Shown piece by piece: positions 26,718 to 40,172 of a DNA stretch of 64,000 nucleotides. The position numbers and the translations under genes were made by a program. The notes below the pieces were generated by a model. That model was not told where the DNA came from. It saw nothing but the letters and a program-made list of their open reading frames with translations, and did no database searches. The stretch's first letter is position 1. Each line of letters begins with the position of its first letter. Origin of the DNA: Rhina ancylostomus (lineage: Eukaryota); assembly GCA_030265395.1 (NCBI GenBank), contig JARFYF010000074.1, forward strand, positions 90,444,754-90,508,753, written 5' to 3'.

Positions 26718-27315
26718 NNNNNNNNNNNNNNNNNNNNNNNNNNNNNNNNNNNNNNNNNNNNNNNNNNNNNNNNNNNNNNNNNNNNNNNNNNNNNNNNNNN
26801 NNNNNNNNNNNNNNNNNNNNNNNNNNNNNNNNNNNNNNNNNNNNNNNNNNNNNNNNNNNNNNNNNNNNNNNNNNNNNNNNNNNNNNNNNNNNNNNNNNNN
26901 NNNNNNNNNNNNNNNNNNNNNNNNNNNNNNNNNNNNNNNNNNNNNNNNNNNNNNNNNNNNNNNNNNNNNNNNNNNNNNNNNNNNNNNNNNNNNNNNNNNN
27001 NNNNNNNNNNNNNNNNNNNNNNNNNNNNNNNNNNNNNNNNNNNNNNNNNNNNNNNNNNNNNNNNNNNNNNNNNNNNNNNNNNNNNNNNNNNNNNNNNNNN
27101 NNNNNNNNNNNNNNNNNNNNNNNNNNNNNNNNNNNNNNNNNNNNNNNNNNNNNNNNNNNNNNNNNNNNNNNNNNNNNNNNNNNNNNNNNNNNNNNNNNNN
27201 NNNNNNNNNNNNNNNNNNNNNNNNNNNNNNNNNNNNNNNNNNNNNNNNNNNNNNNNNNNNNNNNNNNNNNNNNNNNNNNNNNNNNNNNNNNNNNNNNNNN
27301 NNNNNNNNNNNNNNN

Positions 27316-27935
27316 TCTATCTAATTTATCCTTTTCATAATTTTATATGCTTCTATAAGATTCCCTCTCATTCTTCTAAATTCCAGCAAGTGTAGTCCCA
27401 GGTGACTCAATCTCTCCTCATAGGCTAACCCCCTCACCTCTAGAATCAACCTGGTGAACTTCCCCTACACTGCCTCCAAAACCAGTCTATCTTTCCTCAA
27501 GTAAGGAGACCAGAACTACACGCAGTAGTCCAGGTGCAGCCTCACCAGTAAACTGTACAGTAACATCCCTCTAGCAATGAAGGTCAATATTCCATTTGCC
27601 TTCTTAATACCCTGTTGCACCTGCAAACCAACATTTTGCAATTCATGCACAAGCACTCCCAAGTCCCTCTGCACAACAGCATGTTGCAATCTTTCACCGT
27701 TTAAATAATAATCTGATCTTCTATTTTCCTTCCAAAGTGGATGACCTCACATTTACCAATATTGTACTCCATCTGCCAGACCCTTGCCCACTCACTTAAC
27801 CTATCTGTATCTCTCTGCAGACTCTCTGCATCCTCTGCGCAATTTGCTTTTCCACTCAATTTAGTGCCATCGGCAAACTTAGATACGGTACACTCAGTCC
27901 TCTTTTCCAAATTGTTAATTTATATTGTGAGTAGT
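27316..27935 (-). mobile_element. CR1 LINE RT fragment nested in the Penelope element
   Basis: ORF SKFADGTKLSGKANCAEDAESLQRDTDRLSEWARVWQMEYNIGKCEVIHFG. Confidence 0.9.
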
Positions 27936-27939
27936 TGCA

Positions 27940-28480
27940 GTTACTGTAATGGTATGAAAAGTTACATCATTAGAACAGACAAAACAGAGCCAGAGACACA
28001 GGGAGAATGGAATGGAGCCTCTTCAGGAAGCAGGTGGGAGTCTGTAGGCTTGCAATGGATACTAAATCACTCATCCATCCCCTGAGATGGAAATCGAAGA
28101 AAGGAAATGGAAAGTCATAGCTGCACCATGCAAAAGTGAGAGAAGGATGGAAATTGGTAATAGAGATGATGAAACTATATGAGGTCAAGCAGCAGCATCA
28201 ATATAGTGATCAATGTACTGGGGAAAAAATAGGAAGCAGGAGCCTGAGTAGGACTGTAAAAGGACTGCTCCACATGTATGCAAACAGACATGGATAGCCT
28301 GGACCCTTGTGAGCTCCCATAACTACACCTTTGACTTAAAGGAAGTGAGTGGAGGTAAAGGAAAAGTTGAAGAGGAGAGTTGGTAGAAGCAGACTGGTTG
28401 GACATCTGCTGCAGGAGAAAGTAAAGGGCCCTCAGGCCATCAGACTGTAGATGCACATGTAGGCACCTCACTGGCAATCA
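27940..28480 (-). mobile_element. Penelope-like reverse transcriptase fragment (decayed)
   Basis: Frameshifted remnants VKGVAMG..GPGYPCLF, VEQSF, ITNFHPSLTFAW...PFFD, KPTDSH and CSNDVTFH, matching PLE RT motifs. Confidence 0.65.
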
Positions 28481-29214
28481 TTGTTTTTGGGTATATTTTG
28501 AAGGACCTATATCTTGAAGGACGTTAAAACATATGGGAAGGCGAATTAGTTAAATATTTCCACTGCTGCTTCATAGATAATAGCCATTCTATTTTTACTT
28601 TTTTTTAAATGCACAGTTAAAGTGTAGTGGGGAGGTTGAACCATCTAACAGAACCAGCACTAATGAGCTTTTTTCACTCTTGTATGTTTTTACATTACTA
28701 GTCTAAATGTTGTTACACTGTAGGATATTTAATGCATGAAAAATCTGTCAAAAAGCAGTGATATGTCACACAAAAAGAGTGGAATTTGTACTTTTCTGTA
28801 TCTCAACAGCACATAATTAGTTACACATCACCTAAATTTGTTCTGTCTCATTCTGTCACACACATGACTTTGCTTGTTCCAAATTNNNNNNNNACTTTGG
28901 ATAGTGAGCCACGAGTTGCTCAACCCTGGCGATATGATGAATTTCCTTATAAGTGGAACATGATCCCAGGGTTCTCATGCACCATGGTAATATGCATGGA
29001 CCACCCTCATGCTTGACAATGAGAATATTATACATATTAAATTGGAATCAAAAAATGGTATTAAGTTATGTAAATATACAATTAAATTGCTTTTGTGTGT
29101 TAGGTTCCTCGCTCATAACAGGTGTCCATAACTTGTATTTTTAAAATACTTTATGCCCAAAACTACTGAGTTTTCAGTGGAGACACAAGTGGCATGCAGC
29201 AGAGCTAAAACTAA

Positions 29215-29357
29215 AGCACCAGTCTGCCAGAGGTTTCAGCCGGTTGAGCATCTGTAGGGTGGGGGAAGGAATTAATCGACATTTCAGTCCTTTTGAACCC
29301 AAACTGTCAACAATTCCTTCCTCCCACCCACCACACCACCACTGTCTCTTGTACCTC
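29215..29357. mobile_element. Penelope-pLTR-derived short insertion with 15-bp TSD
   Basis: Flanked by perfect direct repeat CAGAGCTAAAACTAA (29200-29214 and 29358-29372). Internal GAGCATCTGTAGGG...GAAGGAATT and AATTCCTTC form inverted arms. Confidence 0.65.
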
Positions 29358-29830
29358 CAGAGCTAAAACTAACATTGTTCTTAGGCCTCACTGTAAACTC
29401 TGGGGAGCTGTCTGTACCAATCAAGTGCAGATCACTGATGGGGACATAAGGAAGTTCAAGCAAAGGTGAGAAAAATTGAAATTATGCCTTGGAAGACAGG
29501 TAAGTGAAGATTTCAGGATTTTTAACAAAGCCTTTGAGAGGTGTTACAAATATCTGCACTGTGGGGTTCCTGGAGAATGTGTTTAACAGCATTCTTACCT
29601 GCGAGTACCATTTTTACCTAAGACCTGCCTTGCTTCTGCCAGACTTTGAGTAACATTATGCATTCATGGTCCTCTTCTCCTATATCTTTTCCATAACCAC
29701 AAGCCAAGGGAATGTGAATGGGCTCCATGGAAAGAAATAAGAAAGGACAGAAAGCAAGAGTAACTTTATCCATGGCAATTCTAATGTGCAAGCCTTTCGT
29801 TACCCAACTTTTGTCTTTTCTTTCCTAAAG

Positions 29831-30064
29831 GAATCTGACAAAATGGAACAAAGTTGAAGAGCTTATTCACTAGTTCTAGGACTATATGATCAACTTTTCA
29901 CAAGATGGAAGACTTCAAGGGGAAATCAGTTTTCATCTTTCAAAAATTCTGCAACAGAGTCATCCCTCATTACAAAGATAAGCAAAAAGCCTCAGCGAAT
30001 CTTCTCTAATCAAATATTTGCAGGACTGGAGCCATCTAATTTGGTGAAGAGAGAGGACTGTACA
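29831..30064 (+). other. CASR: CASR exon 2, 5' UTR portion (234 nt)
   Basis: Polypyrimidine tract TTTTGTCTTTTCTTTCCTAAAG| ends at 29830. UTR length is similar to the ~240-nt UTR part of mammalian CASR exon 2. Confidence 0.8.
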
Positions 30065-30261
30065 ATGGCGCATTATTACTGTCAACTCTTATTCTTGGGA
30101 TTTACTCTTCTTCAATCTTACAATGTCTCAGGATATGGTCCAAACCAAAGGGCACAAAAAAAGGGAGACATTATACTGGGAGGTCTTTTCCCAATACATT
30201 TCGGAGTAGCTGCAAAGGATCAAGACTTAAAATCTAGACCAGAGGCAACAAAATGTATTCG
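30065..30261 (+). CDS. CASR: CASR coding exon (exon 2): signal peptide and start of Venus flytrap domain
   Basis: ACAATGG in good Kozak context. Encodes [66 protein letters not shown], the CaSR N-terminus. Donor CG|GTAGGA, phase 2. Confidence 0.97.
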
Positions 30262-30754
30262 GTAGGAGATTAAGTGTAACAAACTTTTTAAACAATATTG
30301 TGTTATGTGATTTTTTCTTAAAAAAGAATTTGTGAACATTTTCAGAATTCTTTTTGCTATTTAAAGGTGACCTCGTAAGATTGCAGATTTTCTCATGTTA
30401 ATTACTGACAGCATTACATTCTATTTGTATAAAGGGAACATATAAAAAAAAATCAGTTCCTATTCTTGCCAATTTTAATGACTGTTTATAATAGTTGCAA
30501 TTCAGAACTAACTCTAATTATCTTGCAAAGAGTGAGACAAAGTAAAAAAAAATCAGAATTGCACCACTGTTAGGTTTTTGAGATTTTAGTTTAATTGAAT
30601 TATCAATATATACCATTAAGTTACACCACAGTTTACAAATAGGCAACCTTTACTGTGATATTGGTGACCAATGTCATTATATAGTGGCTTAATGATTTGC
30701 AGCTGGGATTTTATTAATCTAGTTGTGATTTATTGGTTAATACATATATCATCA

Positions 30755-31875
30755 CCACATAAAAGACTTATCCATAAGATAAAGATGCATGGAATTGGGG
30801 GTAATGTATTAGCAAGGATAGAGGAGTGGTTAACCAATAGAAGGCAGAGAGTTGGGATAAATGGGTGTTTCTCTGGTTGGCAATCAGTGGTGAGTGGGAT
30901 GCCACAGGGGTCAGTGCGGGGCCCATAACTGTTCATGATACACATTAACAATTTGGAAGATGGCACCGAGTAGCATATTTAAGTTTGCTGATAATGTTAA
31001 AATGAGTGGAAAAGCAAATTGTGCACAGGGTGCAGAGAGTCTGCAAAGAGATATAGATAAGTTAAGTGAGTGGGCCAGGGTCTGGCAGATGGAGTACAAT
31101 TGTTGTTAAATGTGAGTACATNNNNNNNNNNNNNNNNNNNNNNNNNNNNNNNNNNNNNNNNNNNNNNNNNNNNNNNNNNNNNNNNNNNNNNNNNNNNNNN
31201 NNNNNNNNNNNNNNNNNNNNNNNNNNNNNNNNNNNNNNNNNNNNNNNNNNNNNNNNNNNNNNNNNNNNNNNNNNNNNNNNNNNNNNNNNNNNNNNNNNNN
31301 NNNNNNNNNNNNNNNNNNNNNNNNNNNNNNNNNNNNNNNNNNNNNNNNNNNNNNNNNNNNNNNNNNNNNNNNNNNNNNNNNNNNNNNNNNNNNNNNNNNN
31401 NNNNNNNNNNNNNNNNNNNNNNNNNNNNTGAGGGGGGGTAGCCTATAAGGAGAGATTGAGTCGCCTGGGACTATACTCGCTGGAATTCAGGAAAATGAGA
31501 GGGGATCTTATAGAAACAAATAAAATTATGAAAGGGACAGATAAGATAGAAGCAGGAAAGTTGTTTCCACTGTAATCGAGACAACAACTAGGGAACATAG
31601 CCTCAAGATTCAGGGGAGTAGATTTAGGATGGAGGAGGAACTGCTTTTCCCAGAGAGTAGTGAATCTATGGAATTCTCTGCCCAGGGAAGCAGTAGAGGC
31701 TATCTCAATAAATATATTTAAGACACAGTTAGATGGAGTTTTGCACAGTAGGGGAATTAAGGATTAGGGGGGAAAAAAAGGCAGCTAAGTGGATCTGAAT
31801 CCACGGGCCAGATCAGCCATGATCTTATTGAATGGTGGCACAGGCTTGACAGACCAGATGGCCTTCTTATCACAT
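30755..31875 (+). mobile_element. CR1 LINE RT/3' fragment spanning a gap (intron 2)
   Basis: PHKRLIHKIKMHGIGGNVLARIEEWLTNRRQRVGING...PQGSV; LGLYSLEFRKMRGDLIE; CR1 3' tail. Confidence 0.9.
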
Positions 31876-33059
31876 TTCAATATACTGTGTTAGGACTGAA
31901 TCGGCATCTTAACATAGCTATTCACTAGCTATGGAGTGAGTTAATTAGATTAACTGAGATCTCATTGGGCTCTATTGCGATTTATGAAGCTAGTTTTTGA
32001 ATCTCACTTAGGATTGCATGATTTCTCAAAGGTATGACTTTTATTGTATGATTTTCAGTTAAAAGTTATTACTGTATTCCTAAATTGTGACTTTACTGAA
32101 ATCTCACTGGTCCCCACAGTAATTTCTGAGATAGAACATTGATCTCACTAAACCACACAATGATGAACTGAAGCCTCCTCTGGATCTTAATTAATTACTG
32201 CAAGACTCAGTGGGATGTAAGTGAGATTTCTCATTTATGTTGGGGTTTACTGAGATATAGCTAAGTTTCATTCCTTTTTGCCAACATACTGTACATCTGA
32301 AAACCCACTCACTCACACTTACCGAAGAGATCTAACCCAAACTTCAATGGCACTCTATTGCCTATGTTATTGAACTTCACTGTGATTTACCAACACATAG
32401 ATTGTGCTGAGGATTCATTATTATCAACTTTGATTGAACCTTGAAATTAATGTGAACTGATATCTTTCCATGATGCACAGTACATAATGACATCCGTGTT
32501 CCTCGTAATTACTGGTACCCTGATATGTAGTTTTGTTGTGAAATCCACTATAAAGTACAGAAATGAAAAAGCAATTCCACCAAATGTCAAATATCATTCT
32601 TTGTGGGATTTCACAATTCCTTTTTGTCTAGTCACAGCTTCAGTAAAATTTAATCCATTAACTGAAACACAAGTGAATTTCACATCTCATGTGCCACAGA
32701 TCTGTATATTGAGACATTAACCAAATGTCTGCTGGGATCAATTGATTCAATGGTAGCAGGGAAAAGAGGAATCTCAGTGATGGAAAAGAGGCAGAACAGA
32801 ACAGCCATCACCCATGTATTTGAACTTTGGCCCAAATTACAGCCACTTGGCAATTGACATGGCTGGAACTGGCTGATTCAAAAATGTTAAGGGCACTTCA
32901 GCAATTGATATAGTACAACAAAGTTGCACACAACAAATCCATCAGAAATATCTTCTGGGAATGATTAGTTTAGCCTTTTTATTTAATGATTTGAGTCTTT
33001 TTATTCATGCCTTTGTTCCAGGACTGCATTTTAAAAGTCTTTGTATATTACTGAATTGA

Positions 33060-33885
33060 GAGAGAACACAAGAAAATAGGAGCAGGAGTGAGCAACCTGG
33101 ATCCTCAAGCCTGCTCTTCCATTCAATGTGATTATGAGTAATCTGCCCCAAGTCATAACTCCCTTTCTTTGACAGTTCCTCACAGTCTTCAATTCCCTGA
33201 TCTTTCAAAAATCTAACTCCTCTTTAAATACCTCTAGTGAACTAACCTCAACCTTCTGGGGAGAGGAATTCACCATTCTTTGTGAGAAGAAATTCCTATT
33301 CATCTCAGTTTTAAATGACTGTCCATTATCTTGTAACTATATTTCCTGGTTCAAGACTCTCCCACTGGTGGAAACACTTCAACATTTACCCTGCCATGAC
33401 CCCTTAGAATTTTATATGTTCAATAAGATCACATTTGATTCTCGTAAACTCCAAAGAATATAGGTCTAACTTTTTTGGTCATTTGTGATGGGACAACCCC
33501 TTCAATTCAGAATCTCATCCAAACCATTTCCAATGCTAGTACATTCTTTCTTAAAAAACTGTATCATTCTCTAAGTGTGGCCTCACCAATACCCTGCACA
33601 ATTGCAACAATACTTTAAACTCCAACCCCTATCAATGAAGGCCAATATGGCAGGCATTCACCTTCTTCATCACTTGCTGCTTCTGCACGTTAACTTTGTG
33701 TTTCATGCACAAGAACACCTAGCTCTCTCTATTCTCCACTCATCTGCAATCTCTCTCCATTTAGATGATAACCTGTCATTTACTTCTTTCTACTGAAGTG
33801 CATGACCTCACACTTTCCTAAATCCATCTCCATTTGCCAGGTTTTTGCCCACTTACTCAACCTATCTATATCCTGTTGCAGAGTC
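33060..33885 (-). mobile_element. CR1 LINE 3' fragment
   Basis: AGAACACAAGAAAATAGGAGCAGGAG tail and decayed RT C-terminus. Confidence 0.8.
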
Positions 33886-34130
33886 CAAATTCTGAACTCT
33901 GTTGTAAAATCTCTTTTCTAGTCCCACCTATGTTGTTCGTGCCTACGTGGATCACCACAACTGGATTTTCCTCTCCCCACTCCAATTGCCTCTCCAGTCC
34001 CAAAGAGATGCCCTTATCTTGGCACCAGGCTGACAACACACATCTTCCCTGCAGTTCCCACCCTTTTCCAAACAGAGAGCAAGAACTTAGCAAGGATAAG
34101 GTCCAAGGCTCTTGCAAAGCTACACTCTAG
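33886..34130 (-). mobile_element. CR1 ORF1 esterase (SGNH-like) fragment
   Basis: LERQLEWGEENPVVVIHVGTNNIGGTRKEIL, matching the CR1 ORF1 esterase block (VVHVGTND). Confidence 0.7.
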
Positions 34131-34334
34131 ATCCGTCAACCTGTCTCTTCTGCAGTCACACCATTCCTCATTCCTGACCACTGATTAAATTCAAACTAAG
34201 AAAGACTGGCTATTATTTCCAAAATAGAAGTGAAACCTGACCGAGCCTTACAATTTTAAAGATTTCATTAAAATATGTTGTGATTGACAAAAGTGTGAAA
34301 TAAGATCTCAGTAACCTATATCATGATTTATTGT

Positions 34335-34685
34335 GTCAGCTTGGTTCAGTTGTGGGAGTCTTGAGTCAGCACAAGGGATCAGCCATCATTCCAAGCATTA
34401 AGCATACTCTGGACTTGTGTTCCAGTGCAGTGCTCAAGGTAGCAAAGTTTGCAGGAGAAGTTCAGATTGCTTAGTGGTTGGAGAGACCCAATGGAATCTT
34501 TTCTGATGACTTAGAGTTTATATCCCTCAACCAATGCTTACAAAAATGATTAATTGACTCCTTATTTAATTTTGTAAAATCTCACTACACATAAATTGTC
34601 TGCTGATTTTGTCAGCATAACAACGCTGAGGCCACTTTTAAAGTCTAACTTAGCTGTTGGGTATTTAAAGTAATGCAAGTGTTTT
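34335..34685 (+). mobile_element. DeuSINE/SacSINE1-like SINE (decayed)
   Basis: tRNA-like head TGGTTCAGTTG; TTTATATCCCTCAACCAA and ATAAATTGTCTGCT Deu-domain-like blocks; tail AATGCAAGT. Confidence 0.5.
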
Positions 34686-35354
34686 TCCCCTTTCCTTGAA
34701 TATTTAAGAGTCCCTCATACTTACCTAGGGCTTTGATTTTAACTGACAAAAAGGGAAAAGAAAGATTGACTTGGAAATTAAAGTTTACATTTCACTGATG
34801 AAACTTTGTGTTGGCAATAAATATCACCCATCAAGAATTTGTATTTTCATTTATTTTGGAATAGGAATGCTGAGGGTGGCTTTCAAATTGCTTATGCACA
34901 CTGCAGACAGTCTGTTGGTCTGTGGTGTAATAATCATGACCTGTAGTAAACTTAATGTTAATATTACTTTGGATTTATACATCATTATTGCTGACATCAA
35001 TTAAGTTTTATTTTACATAAAAAACAAATGCATCTATTGATTGTAGTTTCTTTTAAATCACCAAAATACCTAACTTTGCCAAAACTAGTATACCAATAAA
35101 GAAAAACAAACTGAACCAAATATAAAAACCAAAACATTTTGTCTATTTATATTCCAAATCATGGCTCATGGACTATGTCATTCTCATGATGTAGTTACCC
35201 ATATGCTATCAAACCAGCGCAATTGTGGGTTAAAAATGATACTTCATAGCTGTTCATCATGAATCACTTAGCTCATGCTGAATTATGTGAAAGTGTTGCT
35301 CAACACATATTGAATTTTCATTGTACTCTTATGGAACTACTTTTGACGTGTAAA

Positions 35355-35570
35355 GTGTCCTGCTTAATATTTATCTTCTAATCAATATCACTAAAGCTGA
35401 TTATCTGGTCATCATCCTGTTGCTATTTGTGGCAGCTTGCTGTGCATTAATTGCTGCCATAGTCCTGAGACTGCAGCAGGGCAAACATCTCAAAAACACT
35501 TAATTTGATGCAAAATCATTTGGGATGTCCAAAAACTATGACAAGGACTATAAATACACATCTTTCCTTT
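35355..35570 (+). mobile_element. DeuSINE-like 3' half
   Basis: GTGTCCTG...AATATTTATC...GATTATCTGGTCATCATC..TTGCTATTTGTGGCAGCTTGCTGTGC...TTTGGGATGTCC. Confidence 0.6.
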
Positions 35571-38500
35571 ATTGCATTTTCCTTCAGCTAATCTGCAAGT
35601 GATTGAGCTGTAATTGTGTTCACTTATAACCTACTGAGTTGTCAGTGAGTTGCAAAGTGTTTTGTTGAATTCATAGTGAGCACTCTAATATTTATAGTAT
35701 TTAAGTGACGTACTGATATCTTACGTGCAATATTATGATATAATGGGCACTCAATGATTCACAATGTGAGCTACTGAATTCTCATGGAGGTAGTTAACAA
35801 TTTACTAACTATGAACTGCTCTCTGTTACTGAGCAGTCTGGTGGCACTCTAATTTATTGACCTAATCGTATTACACTATTGCCCCACTATAAATAAAGAT
35901 GCATCTGAGTGCTTGTCTGCCAATTAAGCATACAATCTTTGCCATGACATAGGCAAATATAGTAGTAATTTATGCACAGAAGGATCCATAAAACTGCAAG
36001 GTTTGATGAATGAATAATATTTGTTTTTGGGTTCAGTAAATCATCTTGCTTAATTTTTTTAAAATATATAATTTCTTACTTCAAAAGAGTTCATTGAACA
36101 TTGTCAAGGTTGATTCAACCATGACTTCTCTTTGTCACCATATGAAATAGCACCATATGATTTTTACAAAGACAAAAATACTGCATTTGTTGCAATGCAA
36201 CATAATAAATCATATGAGATCTTGATTAGTCATACATAGTAATGACCAGGTAACGTGCTACTGCCAACTCGCTGACCAGTGTGGATTAAGATATCATTAT
36301 GTTTTGCTGATATCTACCAATCTAGAAACAAGGTCACAATTTCAGAGATAATGTTGCAGAAAGTTTTAGTTTGCAGAGGTGGACCAAGGACTTATCCTCC
36401 ATTCTCACATTCATACAGTGCCCTTGAAATGGTAAAAAGCCCAAGGGATTTCACAGCAAGTTACCAAACAAAATGTGATCTCAAAAAGATACACAAAGTT
36501 AGACGCCTTTTCCAAAGAAATGGGTTTTAAGGAGCTTTTTAAAAAGAAGAAAGGTAGATTAGAGGGGAGGTTCACTCAGAATCATTACTCTCAGGCAGTC
36601 CCTCAGGATGATTTGTTTCTGTTCCAGTTTTCTAGTAAGGTGGCTGATGGGTTGTGTGGAAAACTGCATGGTACTTGAAATAATTTTGCTGGGCTTCTTC
36701 ATGCTCCCAAGAAGGGAGCATATAGAAGTGTACAGAACACCCAGCACAGAAGCTGACTGTCCTGCTCTACCACATTAAGTGGGTGCACATGCTCCACTTA
36801 TGTCTCTTCCTGTCCTTCACCACACACACCACGATAGTCACTGTGAAATCAAACAGATTTCAGAAGAAACTTTTTAATCGAGTGTAGTAAAAATGTGGAA
36901 CTTACTGTAATATGGTACTTTTTAGTAAAAGACAGTGGTTGACGCAGATAATTTTAATGCAGTTAATCAGGGATAGGAGGGGATCCAGTAAAGCACAGGG
37001 GAGAAAAGAGGAAGACTGGGGAAGGATAGGCATAAATGGAGCATAAACACCTCACAGTGACCGTGGTCATGAGTTTTTAATGCACCATTTTTCAAGCTGC
37101 ACCTGGAGTTGTTTGCAATTTCTGTCCACTGTTGCATAGGGAAGTTCAGTAACATGGTTTATTTGATGAAAGCTGACTAATTCTCTTTCCAAAAAGTACA
37201 ATTTTCTGAGGCTTCTAGTCATTCCCAAGATGCAGGTTGCCCTACCGCACCCTGTGCATCAGTTAGAGCTGTGTATTATCTTTTAACTGTCACGATGAAT
37301 GTTGTAGTGTGTGCAAACTGAGCAAGTTGGGTTGTGTGTGAATGAATGGTGAACAGTGACCTTTGACATACATCTCCTGATTGTCAGAGAGAATTCATAG
37401 GCAAGTGATGTAAGGGAGGTGGTGACAAATTGAGGACTGGCTGATACTAGAGGTGCATTTATGATATTGGAAGATGCATTTGGTAAGAGATAAGATATCT
37501 TTATTAGTCACACGTACATTGAAACACAGTGAAATGCATCTTTTGCGTAGAGTGTTCAAGCTTGACCACGTGTGAGAACATTGAATTTCTTGCATCACTG
37601 CTCAGATGGGATTTGGTAGCCTAATGGTTTTGTTACTGAAAATGCAAGTCAGATTCTTGGAATAATGATCTGGAGATATGACTGTGAATCTTATTAAGCA
37701 GCCGGGAATGTTGGTGGGTTGGGGGAGGGCATGGGTTACATTCACTTAGTTGAATTAAAATTGCTATTAGTAATGGTGAACTTGAAAACACACCTGATTC
37801 ACTAATGATTTTTGTAAAAAGGAATTTCCTGTCCTTTCTTGGTCTGGCCAAGTAAGCAACTTCAGTATGTAGACCTTAACTGACCTTTGAAATGGACAGC
37901 AGGGCACTCAGTTCAAAACACAATTAGGCATAGGAAGTGAATGTAGCATTCCTTACAATTGTGACATCCAGAATAAATAATAGAGGTAATGGGATTAATC
38001 ATCTTAACAAATAGCTCCTTGAATTTTGTGGAAGATATCAGTTGGGAGTTCATTCCCTCTGACTTTGGAAAGTTTATGTGGAGGAGATCCAAGAACTGAT
38101 GAATAATCATAGCATAGTTACAGCACTGAAGTAGCCCATTCACCACATTGAAGCTCTTCTGACTCTCTGCAAGTGTTGTGCAGCCAGTTCAATTCCACCT
38201 ACAGCTCAACATTTTACTTTTCTTCCTCATCTGTTCAGTTTCCTCCTGAAACCAACATCCTTTCACACAATGAATTCCAGTTCATGAATAATTAATAATC
38301 TCCCAACTACTTGGGATACAGTGAATCTCTCCTCTTCTCTGCAGAGCCCTCCAATGCAGAATATGAAGTGTTTGGAACCTATACTCCTCCTTATCACGCA
38401 ATGCTTCAATGTCTCAGAGGTCAGACTAAAATTTCATAACACATAAACTTTGTTAAATGCCTTTTGAATTTGTAAAAATTCCTACTTTCAACTTTATACT

Positions 38501-39194
38501 TCTTTAAAAAAAGAGCTGGGAAGATTTGTTCTGCAGTGTCTTCTTCTAAATCTATATTAGTTACTATTTATCAAGTTACTATCATGCAGATACACCAAAA
38601 TATTTACTTATGGCAATTGATTCCACCATCCAACATGGAAGGGAGATTAAATGACTGGATCGGTAGGGTGCCTTTGTCCATCTTAATCTCTATTTTGAAT
38701 AATTCATCGGTTTATTTCCAATAGGCTGGTGGCTCTCTTATCATGGTCGTCAGTGTTTCAAATTTGTTTATTCTTTTTCAACATTAATGGTATCTTTGGA
38801 AATTTGTATTTGCATGTTGAAAAAACTTTCGGCTTCTCCTGAAATATTATATCACTTATATTGAAAGATCTGTAAAAGTTCAGGTGGGAAATGCTGTTTG
38901 GCAGGGAATAGGAGAGACATGCACTATGTTAGTTGTTAACACCCTTGGGTGGAGATAGGAAATGCCCACATTTTCAAATGGTAGAACAGGGGTAGGAAGG
39001 TGGAGAATATTTTTGTTCATGGATGCAATGCACTTAAGCATTTCCTGTATTGATCAAATAATTAACCTGATAACCCTTTAAAAAATATACAAGAACATCT
39101 TTTTTGTTCCAAAAAAAGATTGTTCTGAATTGGTTAATTGGTAATATTAATGCACCGTGTATTAGTGAGAAAATGAATATATATGTAGATTATT

Positions 39195-39590
39195 TACTTT
39201 GGCTCAAGGGTAACAGGCCAGCTCCAAGTCAGAGTGTTGTGTATTCAAATCTCATTCCAGCAGTGAGCTGGAAATCTCGACTGGTAGTCCACCTTATAGT
39301 GTGGTATTGCCTTGCACAGTGCTGGTGTCTTCAGGTCCTGCCTCCCCTCTGACAGTGGTATTAAAAGTATCTATATTTCAGAGAACACCAAAATTGTCCC
39401 TAATGTACTGGACAGCATACAACCCTCAACCTATAAATCATGAAAAAAATATATTATCTAGTGTTATCAGCTTGCTGCTTGTGGGACCTTGTAGGGAAAT
39501 TGTCTAAGCATCTTCTACACTTATAACCATGCCCACAAAAGTACTTCAGTAGCAGCAAAACACTTTGAAGCTTCAAGGTTGTGAAATGGA
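39195..39590 (+). mobile_element. DeuSINE/SacSINE1-like SINE (decayed)
   Basis: TGGCTCAAGGGTA head; CCCTCAACC, TTGCTGCTTGTGGGACCTTG and AAAAGTACTTCA...GGTTGTGAAA blocks. Confidence 0.55.
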
Positions 39591-39803
39591 CCAAAATTTA
39601 TTTTGCAAATTGGCTTTTAAAAAAAATAGCCATGTTGGTAACTAAGCTGCAAATACTTCTAAATTAAAGTAATAGGATACCTATTTTTAAAAAGAGTACG
39701 TAGGCACTTGCACTGATCACAGCAGACAGTTTTCCTTGTATCCATCCCAGACATTAATAGAGTCAACACAATCACAAGTCTATCTGGTTGAAAGTGTGGA
39801 TGA

Positions 39804-40172
<369 letters not shown>

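Noticed and set aside
30041-30064. TTG-initiated N-terminal extension (MVKREDCT) in the ORF track
   Set aside because: Non-AUG start. The AUG at 30065 has good Kozak context and begins the signal peptide.
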